Shown in pieces: positions 1 to 11,399 of a DNA stretch of 64,000 bases (positions are counted from its first letter, which is position 1; each line of letters opens with the position of its first letter). The DNA lies in the NCBI GenBank assembly GCA_964016885.1, contig OZ024747.1, positions 29,946,001-30,010,000 on the forward strand. The letters are read 5' to 3'. Source of the stretch: Eledone cirrhosa (Eukaryota). The notes below the pieces were generated by a model. It ran no database searches. It saw only the letters and a list, made by a program, of their open reading frames with translations, and had not been told where the DNA came from. Made by a program: the position numbers and the translations under genes.

Positions 1-3000
1 TCGAAAATTTGTTTTTTTTCAAAAAAGATTGATTTTTTTTCTATCGAAATATATACTTTCTGATTTCGAAAATTGATATACATTTTGTATTTTTCAAATA
101 TTTTTCAACGTATGTATAAACAATGTATAAACGCATTTTTTTGAAAAAAAACATTTTTTCCAAATACTGTGTAAAATGATCTATTTGTGAAAAAGCTAAA
201 AAAATCAATTTTAGAAATTGGAAGTAAATATTTCGAAAAGTATAAAAAAATTGATTATTCTAGGTTCTTCACAAATTGATCATTTTAAACAGTATTTCGA
301 AAAATTATTTTTTTTCCAATAACATTGATTTTTTTCTTTCGAAATATATATTTTCTGATTTCGAATATTGATATACATTTTGTATTTTTCAAATATTTTT
401 CAACGTATGTATAAACAATGTATAAACGCATTTTTTTGAAAAAAAACATTTTTTCCAAATACTGTGTAAATTGATCAATTTGTGAAAAAACCTAAAAAAA
501 TCAATTTTAGAAATCAGAAGTAAATATTTCGAAAAGTGTAAACAAATTGATTATTTTAGGTTTTTCACAAATTGATCATTTTACACAGTATTTCGAAAAA
601 TTGTTTTTTTTCAAAAAAGATTGATTTTTTTTCTTTTGAAATATCTACTTTCTGATTTCGAAAATTGTTATATATTTTGTATTTTTAAAAAGTTTTTCAA
701 CGTGTCGAAACATAATGTATAAACGCATTTCTTCCAAATACTGTGTAAAATGATCTATTTTTGAAAAAGCTAAAAAAATCAATTTTAGAAATCGGAAGTA
801 AATATTTCGAAAAGTATAAAAAAATTGATTATTTTAGGTTTTTCACAAATTGATCATTTTAAACAGTATTTCGAAAAATTATTTTTTTTCCAAAAACATT
901 GATTTTTTTCTTTCGGAATATATACTTTCTGATTTCGAAAATTGATATATATTTTGTATTTTTCAAACACAATGTATCAACGCATTTTTTTGAAAAAAAA
1001 CATTTTTTCCAAATACTGTGTAAAATGATCAATTTGTGAAAAACCTAAAAAAATCAATTTTAGAAATCAGAAGTAAATATTTCGAAAAGTATAAAAAAAT
1101 TGATTATTTTAGGTTTTTCACAAATTGATCATTTTACACAGTATTTCGAAAAATTGTTTTTTTATCAAAAAAGATTGATTTTTTTTCTTTCGAAATATAT
1201 AATTTCTGATTTCGAAATTTGATATATATTTTGTATTTTTCAAAAATTTTTCAACGTATTAAAACACAATGTATAAACGCATTTTTTTGAAAAAAAACAT
1301 TTTTTCCAAATACTGTGTAAATTGATCAATTTGTGAAAAAACCTAAAAAAATCAATTTTAGAAATCAGAAGTAAATATTTCGAAAAGTATAAAAAAATTG
1401 ATTATTTTAGGTTTTTCACAAATTGATAATTTTACACAGTATTTCGAAAATTTGTTTTTTTTCAAAAAAGATTGATTTTTTTTCTATCGAAATATATACT
1501 TTCTGATTTCGAAAATTGATATACATTTTGTATTTTTCAAATATTTTTCAACGTATGTATAAACAATGTATAAACGCATTTTTTTGAAAAAAAACATTTT
1601 TTCCAAATACTGTGTAAATTGATCAATTTGTGAAAAAACCTAAAAAAAATCAATTTTAGAAATCAGAAGTAAATATTTCGAAAAGTGTAAACAAATTGAT
1701 TATTTTAGGTTTTTCACAAATTGATCATTTTACACAGTATTTCGAAAAATTGTTTTTTTTCAAAAAAGATTGATTTTTTTTCTTTTGAAATATCTACTTT
1801 CTGATTTCGAAAATTGTTATATAATTTGTATTTTTAAAAAATTTTTCAGCGTGTATGTATAAATGTATAAACGCATTTTTTCCAAATACTGTGTAAAATG
1901 ATCAATTTGTGAAAAACCTAAAAAAATCAATTTTAGAAATCAGAAGTAAATATTTCGAAAAGTATAAAAAAATTGATTATTTTAGGTTTTTCACAAATTG
2001 ATCATTTTACACAGTATTTCTAAATATTGTTTTTTTACAAAAAACATTGATTTTTTTTCTTTCGAAATATATACTTTCTGATTTCGAAAATTGATATATA
2101 TTTTGTATTTTTCAAACACAATGTATAAACGCATTTTTTTGAAAAAAAACATTTTTTCCAAATACTCTGTAAAATGATCAATTTGTGAAAAACCTAAAAA
2201 AATCAATTTTAGAAGTCAGAAGTAAATATTTCGAAAAGTATAAAAAAATTGATTATTTTAGGTTTTTCACAAATTGATAATTTTACACAATATTTCGAAA
2301 ATTTGTTTTTTTTCAAAAAAGATTGATTTTTTTTCTTTCGAAATATATACTTTCTGATTTCGAAAATTGATATACATTTTGTATTTTTCAAATATTTTTC
2401 AACGTGTTGAAACACAGTGTATAAACGCATTCTTTTGAAAAAAAAACATTTTTTCCAAATACTGTGAAAAAACCTAAAAAAATCAATTTTAGAAATTAGA
2501 AGTAAATATTTCGAAAAGTGTAAACAAATTGATTATTTTAGGTTTTTCACAAATTGATCATTTTACACAGTATTTCGAAAAATTGTTTTTTTTCAAAAAA
2601 GATTGATTTTTTTTCTTTTGAAATATCTACTTTCTGATTTCGAAAATTGTTATATATTTTGTATTTTTAAAAAATTTTTCAGCGTGTATGTATAAATGTA
2701 TAAACGCATTTTTTCCAAATACTGTGTAAAATGATCAATTTGTGAAAAACCTAAAAAAATCAATTTTAGAAATCAGAAGTAAATATTTCGAAAAGTATAA
2801 AAAAATTGATTATTTTAGGTTTTTCACAAATTGATCATTTTACACAGTATTTCGAAAAATTGTTTTTTTACAAAAAACATTGATTTTTTTTCTTTCGAAA
2901 TATAGACTTTCTGATTTCGAAAATTGATATATATTTTGTATTTTTCAAACACAATGTATAAACGCATTTTTTTGAAAAAAAACATTTTTTCCAAATACTG

Positions 3001-4908
3001 TGTAAATTGATCAATTTGTGAAAAACCTAAAAAAATCAATTCTAGAAATCAAAAGTAAATATTTCGAAAAGTGTAAACAAATTGATTATTTTAGGTTTTT
3101 CACAAATTGATCATTTTACACAGTATTTCGAAAAATTGTTTTTTTTCAAAAAAGACTGATTTTTTTTCTTTCGAAATATCTACTTTCTGATTTCGAAAAT
3201 TGTTATATATTTTGTATTTTTAAAAAGTTTTTCAACGTGTCGAAACATAATGTATAAACGCATTTTTTCCAAATACTGTGTAAAATGATCTATTTGTGAA
3301 AAAGCTAAAAAAATCAATTTTAGAAATTGGAAGTAAATATTTCGAAAAGTATAAAAAAATTGATTATTCTAGGTTCTTCACAAATTGATCATTTTAAACA
3401 GTATTTCGAAAAATTATTTTTTTTCCAAAAACATTGATTTTTTTCTTTCGAAATATATATTTTCTGATTTCGAATATTGATATACATTTTGTATTTTTCA
3501 AATATTTTTCAACGTATGTATAAACAATGTATAAACGCATTTTTTTGAAAAAAAACATTTTTTCCAAATACTGTGTAAATTGATCAATTTGTGAAAAAAC
3601 CTAAAAAAATCAATTTTAGAAATCAGAAGTAAATATTTCGAAAAGTGTAAACAAATTGATTATTTTAGGTTTTTCACAAATTGATCATTTTACACAGTAT
3701 TTCGAAAAATTGTTTTTTTTCAAAAAAGATTGATTTTTTTTCTTTTGAAATATCTACTTTCTGATTTCGAAAATTGTTATATAATTTGTATTTTTAAAAA
3801 ATTTTTCAGCGTGTATGTATAAATGTATAAACGCATTTTTTCCAAATACTGTGTAAAATGATCAATTTGTGAAAAACCTAAAAAAATCAATTTTAGAAAT
3901 CAGAAGTAAATATTTCGAAAAGTATAAAAAAATTGATTATTTTACGTTTTTCACAAATTGATCATTTTACACAGTATTTCGAAAAATTGTTTTTTTACAA
4001 AAAACATTGATTTTTTTTCTTTCGAAATATATACTTTCTGATTTCGAAAATTGATATATATTTTGTATTTTTCAAACACAATGTATAAACGCATTTTTTT
4101 GAAAAAAAACATTTTTTCCAAATACTCTGTAAAATGATCAATTTGTGAAAAACCTAAAAAAATCAATTTTAGAAGTCAGAAGTAAATATTTCGAAAAGTA
4201 TAAAAAAATTGATTATTTTAGGTTTTTGATAATTTTACACAATATTTCGAAAATTTGTTTTTTTTCAAAAAAGATTGATTTTTTTTCTATCGAAATATAT
4301 ACTTTCTGATTTCGAAAATTGATATACATTTTGTATTTTTCAACGTGTTGAAACACAGTGTGTAAACGCATTCTTTTGAAAAAAAAACATTTTTTCCAAA
4401 TACTGTGAAAAAACCTAAAAAAATCAATTTTAGAAATTAGAAGTAAATATTTCGAAAAGTGTAAACAAATTGATTATTTTAGGTTTTTCACAAATTGATC
4501 ATTTTACACAGTATTTCGAAAAATTGTTTTTTTTCAAAAAAGATTGATTTTTTTTCTTTTGAAATATCTACTTTCTGATTTCGAAAATTGTTATATATTT
4601 TGTATTTTTAAAAAGTTTTTCAATGTGTCGAAACATAATGTATAAACGCATTTTTTCCAAATACTGTGTAAAATGATCTATTTGTGAAAAAGCTAAAAAA
4701 ATCAATTTTAGAAATCGGAAGTAAATATTTCGAAAAGTATAAAAAAATTGATTATTTTAGGTTTTTCACAAATTGATCATTTTAAACAGTATTTCGAAAA
4801 ATTATTTTTTTTCCCAAAACATTGATTTTTTTCTTTCGGAATATATACTTTCTGATTTCGAAAATTGATATATATTTTGTATTTTTCAAACACAATGTAT
4901 AAACGCAT

Positions 4909-5094
4909 TTTTTTGAAAAAAAACATTTTTTCCAAATACTGTGTAAAATGATCAATTTGTGAAAAACCTAAAAAAATCAATTTTAGAAATCAGAAGTAAA
5001 TATTTCGAAAAGTGTAAACAAATTGATTATTTTAGGTTTTTCACAAATTGATCATTTTACACAGTATTTCGAAAAATTGTTTTTTTTCAAAAAA
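4909..5094. repeat. Representative intra-monomer inverted repeat: 75-bp arms (4909-4983 and 5020-5094) with a 36-nt loop; present, with variants, in essentially every monomer
   Basis: The left arm ttttttgaaaaaaaacattttttccaaatactgtgtaaaatgatcaatttgtgaaaaacctaaaaaaatcaattt matches the reverse complement of the right arm at 72/75 positions by manual alignment. The + strand ORF 17488..17697 (LGFLQIDHFTQYFEK) mirrors the - strand ORFs (LGFSQIDHFTQYLEK), which confirms the inversion. Confidence 0.97.
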
Positions 5095-5145
5095 GATTGA
5101 TTTTTTTTCTTTCGAAATATCTACTTTCTGATTTCGAAAATTGTT
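4976..5145. repeat. Second, interleaved inverted repeat of the monomer (B 4976-5010; B' 5110-5145)
   Basis: atcaattttagaaatcagaa-gtaaatatttcgaaa aligns to the reverse complement of 5110-5145 (aacaattttcgaaatcagaaagtagatatttcgaaa) with 3 mismatches and 1 gap. Confidence 0.9.
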
Positions 5146-8100
5146 ATATATTTTGTATTTTTAAAAAATTTTTCAGCGTGTATGTATAAATGTATAAACG
5201 CATTTTTTCCAAATACTGTGTAAAATGATCAATTTGTGAAAAACCTAAAAAAATCAATTTTAGAAATCAGAAGTAAATATTTCGAAAAGTATAAAAAAAT
5301 TGATTATTTTAGGTTTTTCACAAATTGATCATTTTACACAGTATTTCGAAAAATTGTTTTTTTACAAAAAACATTGATTTTTTTTCTTTCGAAATATAGA
5401 CTTTCTGATTTCGAAAATTGTTATATATTTTGTATTTTTAAAAAGTTTTTCAACGTGTCGAAACATAATGTATAAACGCATTTCTTCCAAATACTGTGTA
5501 AAATGATCTATTTTTGAAAAAGCTAAAAAAATCAATTTTAGAAATCGGAAGTAAATATTTCGAAAAGTATAAAAAAATTGATTATTTTAGGTTTTTCACA
5601 AATTGATCATTTTAAACAGTATTTCGAAAAATTATTTTTTTTCCAAAAACATTGATTTTTTTCTTTCGGAATATATACTTTCTGATTTCGAAAATTGATA
5701 TATATTTTGTATTTTTCAAACACAATGTATCAACGCATTTTTTTGAAAAAAAACATTTTTTCCAAATACTGTGTAAAATGATCAATTTGTGAAAAACCTA
5801 AAAAAATCAATTTTAGAAATCAGAAGTAAATATTTCGAAAAGTATAAAAAAATTGATTATTTTAGGTTTTTCACAAATTGATCATTTTACACAGTATTTC
5901 AAAAATTGTTTTTTTATCAAAAAAGATTGATTTTTTTTCTTTCGAAATATATAATTTCTGATTTCGAAATTTGATATATATTTTGTATTTTTCAAAAATT
6001 TTTCAACGTATTAAAACACAATGTATAAACGCATTTTTTTGAAAAAAAACATTTTTTCCAAATACTGTGTAAATTGATCAATTTGTGAAAAAACCTAAAA
6101 AAATCAATTTTAGAAATCAGAAGTAAATATTTCGAAAAGTATAAAAAAATTGATTATTTTAGGTTTTTCACAAATTGATAATTTTACACAGTATTTCGAA
6201 AATTTGTTTTTTTTCAAAAAAGATTGATTTTTTTTCTATCGAAATATATACTTTCTGATTTCGAAAATTGATATACATTTTGTATTTTTCAAATATTTTT
6301 CAACGTATGTATAAACAATGTATAAACGCATTTTTTTGAAAAAAAACATTTTTTCCAAATACTGTGTAAATTGATCAATTTGTGAAAAAACCTAAAAAAA
6401 ATCAATTTTAGAAATCAGAAGTAAATATTTCGAAAAGTGTAAACAAATTGATTATTTTAGGTTTTTCACAAATTGATCATTTTACACAGTATTTCGAAAA
6501 ATTGTTTTTTTTCAAAAAAGATTGATTTTTTTTCTTTTGAAATATCTACTTTCTGATTTCGAAAATTGTTATATAATTTGTATTTTTAAAAAATTTTTCA
6601 GCGTGTATGTATAAATGTATAAACGCATTTTTTCCAAATACTGTGTAAAATGATCAATTTGTGAAAAACCTAAAAAAATCAATTTTAGAAATCAGAAGTA
6701 AATATTTCGAAAAGTATAAAAAAATTGATTATTTTAGGTTTTTCACAAATTGATCATTTTACACAGTATTTCGAAATATTGTTTTTTTACAAAAAACATT
6801 GATTTTTTTTCTTTCGAAATATATACTTTCTGATTTCGAAAATTGATATATATTTTGTATTTTTCAAACACAATGTATAAACGCATTTTTTTGAAAAAAA
6901 ACATTTTTTCCAAATACTCTGTAAAATGATCAATTTGTGAAAAACCTAAAAAAATCAATTTTAGAAGTCAGAAGTAAATATTTCGAAAAGTATAAAAAAA
7001 TTGATTATTTTAGGTTTTTCACAAATTGATAATTTTACACAATATTTCGAAAATTTGTTTTTTTTCAAAAAAGATTGATTTTTTTTCTTTCGAAATATAT
7101 ACTTTCTGATTTCGAAAATTGATATACATTTTGTATTTTTCAAATATTTTTCAACGTGTTGAAACACAGTGTATAAACGCATTCTTTTGAAAAAAAAACA
7201 TTTTTTCCAAATACTGTGAAAAAACCTAAAAAAATCAATTTTAGAAATTAGAAGTAAATATTTCGAAAAGTGTAAACAAATTGATTATTTTAGGTTTTTC
7301 ACAAATTGATCATTTTACACAGTATTTCGAAAAATTGTTTTTTTTCAAAAAAGATTGATTTTTTTTCTTTTGAAATATCTACTTTCTGATTTCGAAAATT
7401 GTTATATATTTTGTATTTTTAAAAAATTTTTCAGCGTGTATGTATAAATGTATAAACGCATTTTTTCCAAATACTGTGTAAAATGATCAATTTGTGAAAA
7501 ACCTAAAAAAATCAATTTTAGAAATCAGAAGTAAATATTTCGAAAAGTATAAAAAAATTGATTATTTTAGGTTTTTCACAAATTGATCATTTTACACAGT
7601 ATTTCGAAAAATTGTTTTTTTACAAAAAACATTGATTTTTTTTCTTTCGAAATATATACTTTCTGATTTCGAAAATTGATATATATTTTGTATTTTTCAA
7701 ACACAATGTATAAACGCATTTTTTTGAAAAAAACATTTTTTCCAAATACTCTGTAAAATGATCAATTTGTGAAAAACCTAAAAAAATCAATTTTAGAAGT
7801 CAGAAGTAAATATTTCGAAAAGTATAAAAAAATTGATTATTTTAGGTTTTTCACAAATTGATAATTTTACACAATATTTCGAAAATTTGTTTTTTTTCAA
7901 AAAAGATTGATTTTTTTTCTTTCGAAATATATACTTTCTGATTTCGAAAATTGATATACATTTTGTATTTTTCAAATATTTTTCAACGTGTTGAAACACA
8001 GTGTATAAACGCATTCTTTTGAAAAAAAAACATTTTTTCCAAATACTGTGAAAAAACCTAAAAAAATCAATTTTAGAAATTAGAAGTAAATATTTCGAAA

Positions 8101-11100
8101 AGTGTAAACAAATTGATTATTTTAGGTTTTTCACAAATTGATCATTTTACACAGTATTTCGAAAAATTGTTTTTTTTCAAAAAAGATTGATTTTTTTTCT
8201 TTTGAAATATCTACTTTCTGATTTCGAAAATTGTTATATATTTTGTATTTTTAAAAAATTTTTCAGCGTGTATGTATAAATGTATAAACGCATTTTTTCC
8301 AAATACTGTGTAAAATGATCTATTTTTGAAAAAGCTAAAAAAATCAATTTTAGAAATCGGAAGTAAATATTTCGAAAAGTATAAAAAAATTGATTATTTT
8401 AGGTTTTTCACAAATTGATCATTTTAAACAGTATTTCGAAAAATTATTTTTTTTCCAAAAACATTGATTTTTTTCTTTCGGAATATATACTTTCTGATTT
8501 CGAAAATTGATATATATTTTGTATTTTTCAAACACAATGTATCAACGCATTTTTTTGAAAAAAAACATTTTTTCCAAATACTGTGTAAAATGATCAATTT
8601 GTGAAAAACCTAAAAAAATCAATTTTAGAAATCAGAAGTAAATATTTCGAAAAGTATAAAAAAATTGATTATTTTAGGTTTTTCACAAATTGATCATTTT
8701 ACACAGTATTTCAAAAATTGTTTTTTTATCAAAAAAGATTGATTTTTTTTCTTTCGAAATATATAATTTCTGATTTCGAAATTTGATATATATTTTGTAT
8801 TTTTCAAAAATTTTTCAACGTATTAAAACACAATGTATAAACGCATTTTTTTGAAAAAAAACATTTTTTCCAAATACTGTGTAAATTGATCAATTTGTGA
8901 AAAAACCTAAAAAAATCAATTTTAGAAATCAGAAGTAAATATTTCGAAAAGTATAAAAAAATTGATTATTTTAGGTTTTTCACAAATTGATAATTTTACA
9001 CAGTATTTCGAAAATTTGTTTTTTTTCAAAAAAGATTGATTTTTTTTCTATCGAAATATATACTTTCTGATTTCGAAAATTGATATACATTTTGTATTTT
9101 TCAAATATTTTTCAACGTATGTATAAACAATGTATAAACGCATGTATAAACGCATTTTTTCCAAATACTGTGTAAAATGATCAATTTGTGAAAAACCTAA
9201 AAAAATCAATTTTAGAAATCAGAAGTAAATATTTCGAAAAGTATAAAAAAATTGATTATTTTAGGTTTTTCACAAATTGATCATTTTACACAGTATTTCG
9301 AAAAATTGTTTTTTTACAAAAAACATTGATTTTTTTTCTTTCGAAATATATACTTTCTGATTTCGAAAATTGATATATATTTTGTATTTTTCAAATATTT
9401 TTCAACGTGTTGAAACACAGTGTGTAAACGCATTCTTTTGAAAAAAAAAATTTTTTCCAAATACTGTGAAAAAACCTAAAAAAATCAATTTTAGAAATTA
9501 GAAGTAAATATTTCGAAAAGTGTAAACAAATTGATTATTTTAGGTTTTTCACAAATTGATCATTTTACACAGTATTTCGAAAAATTGTTTTTTTTCAAAA
9601 AAGATTGATTTTTTTTCTTTTGAAATATCTACTTTCTGATTTCGAAAATTGTTATATATTTTGTATTTTTAAAAAGTTTTTCAATGTGTCGAAACATAAT
9701 GTATAAACGCATTTTTTCCAAATACTGTGTAAAATGATCTATTTGTGAAAAAGCTAAAAAAATCAATTTTAGAAATCGGAAGTAAATATTTCGAAAAGTA
9801 TAAAAAAATTGATTATTTTAGGTTTTTCACAAATTGATCATTTTAAACAGTATTTCGAAAAATTATTTTTTTTCCCAAAACATTGATTTTTTTCTTTCGA
9901 AATATCTACTTTCTGATTTCGAAAATTGTTATATATTTTGTATTTTTAAAAAATTTTTCAGCGTGTATGTATAAATGTATAAACGCATTTTTTCCAAATA
10001 CTGTGTAAAATGATCAATTTGTTAAAAACCTAAAAAAATCAATTTTAGAAATCAGAAGTAAATATTTCGAAAAGTGTAAACAAATTGATTATTTTAGGTT
10101 TTTCACAAATTGATTTTTTTACACAGTATTTCGAAAAATTGTTTTTTTTCAAAAAAGATTGATTTTTTTTCTTTTGAAATATCTACTTTCTGATTTCGAA
10201 AATTGTTATATAATTTGTATTTTTAAAAAATTTTTCAGCGTGTATGTATAAATGTATAAACGCATTTTTTCCAAATACTGTGTAAAATGATCAATTTGTG
10301 AAAAACCTAAAAAAATCAATTTTAGAAATCAGAAGTAAATATTTCGAAAAGTATAAAAAAATTGATTATTTTAGGTTTTTCACAAATTGATCATTTTACA
10401 CAGTATTTCGAAAAATTGTTTTTTTTCAAAAAAGATTGATTTTTTTTCTTTTGAAATATCTACTTTCTGATTTCGAAAATTGTTATATAATTTGTATTTT
10501 TAAAAAATTTTTCAGCGTGTATGTATAAATGTATAAACGCATTTTTTCCAAATACTGTGTAAAATGATCAATTTGTGAAAAACCTAAAAAAATCAATTTT
10601 AGAAATCAGAAGTAAATATTTCGAAAAGTATAAAAAAATTGATTATTTTAGGTTTTTCACAAATTGATCATTTTACACAGTATTTCGAAAAATTGTTTTT
10701 TTACAAAAAACATTGATTTTTTTTCTTTCGAAATATATACTTTCTGATTTCGAAAATTGATATATATTTTGTATTTTTCAAACACAATGTATAAACGCAT
10801 TTTTTTGAAAAAAAACATTTTTTCCAAATACTCTGTAAAATGATCAATTTGTGAAAAACCTAAAAAAATCAATTTTAGAAGTCAGAAGTAAATATTTCGA
10901 AAAGTATAAAAAAATTGATTATTTTAGGTTTTTCACAAATTGATAATTTTACACAATATTTCGAAAATTTGTTTTTTTTCAAAAAAGATTGATTTTTTTT
11001 CTATCGAAATATATACTTTCTGATTTCGAAAATTGATATACATTTTGTATTTTTCAACGTGTTGAAACAAAGTGTGTAAACGCATTCTTTTGAAAAAAAA

Positions 11101-11399
11101 ACATTTTTTCCAAATACTGTGAAAAAACCTAAAAAAATCAATTTTAGAAATTAGAAGTAAATATTTCGAAAAGTGTAAACAAATTGATTATTTTAGGTTT
11201 TTCACAAATTGATCATTTTACACAGTATTTCGAAAAATTGTTTTTTTTCAAAAAAGATTGATTTTTTTTCTTTTGAAATATCTACTTTCTGATTTCGAAA
11301 ATTGTTATATATTTTGTATTTTTAAAAAGTTTTTCAATGTGTCGAAACATAATGTATAAACGCATTTTATCCAAATACTGTGTTAAATGATCTATTTGT

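Larger units (their letters stand above)
660..7640. repeat. ~2.2-kb block (about 660-2900) repeated at an offset of 4752-4753 bp (~17 monomers); part of it repeated again 2812 bp later
   Basis: ORF offsets 1991/6743 and 2209/6961 are 4752. The rare marker aatgtatcaacgc is at 971, 5724 and 8536, and caacgtattaaaac follows one monomer later in all three copies. Boundaries are approximate. Confidence 0.8.

Noticed and set aside
3035-3075. Heat-shock-element-like TTCTAGAA in a variant monomer
   Set aside because: It has only two inverted nGAAn units, arises from a single substitution in ttttagaa, and has no adjacent gene. TTCGAA itself lacks HSE spacing.
4909-5094. Annotating each hairpin as a bona fide MITE or mobile element
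   Set aside because: There are no target-site duplications, recognisable superfamily termini, transposase or dispersed copies visible here. It is kept only as a hypothesis of origin.
5020-5110. Rho-independent terminators or bacterial promoters suggested by stems and T-runs
   Set aside because: The stems are AT-rich, there are no upstream genes, and such motifs are expected by chance at ~80% AT.
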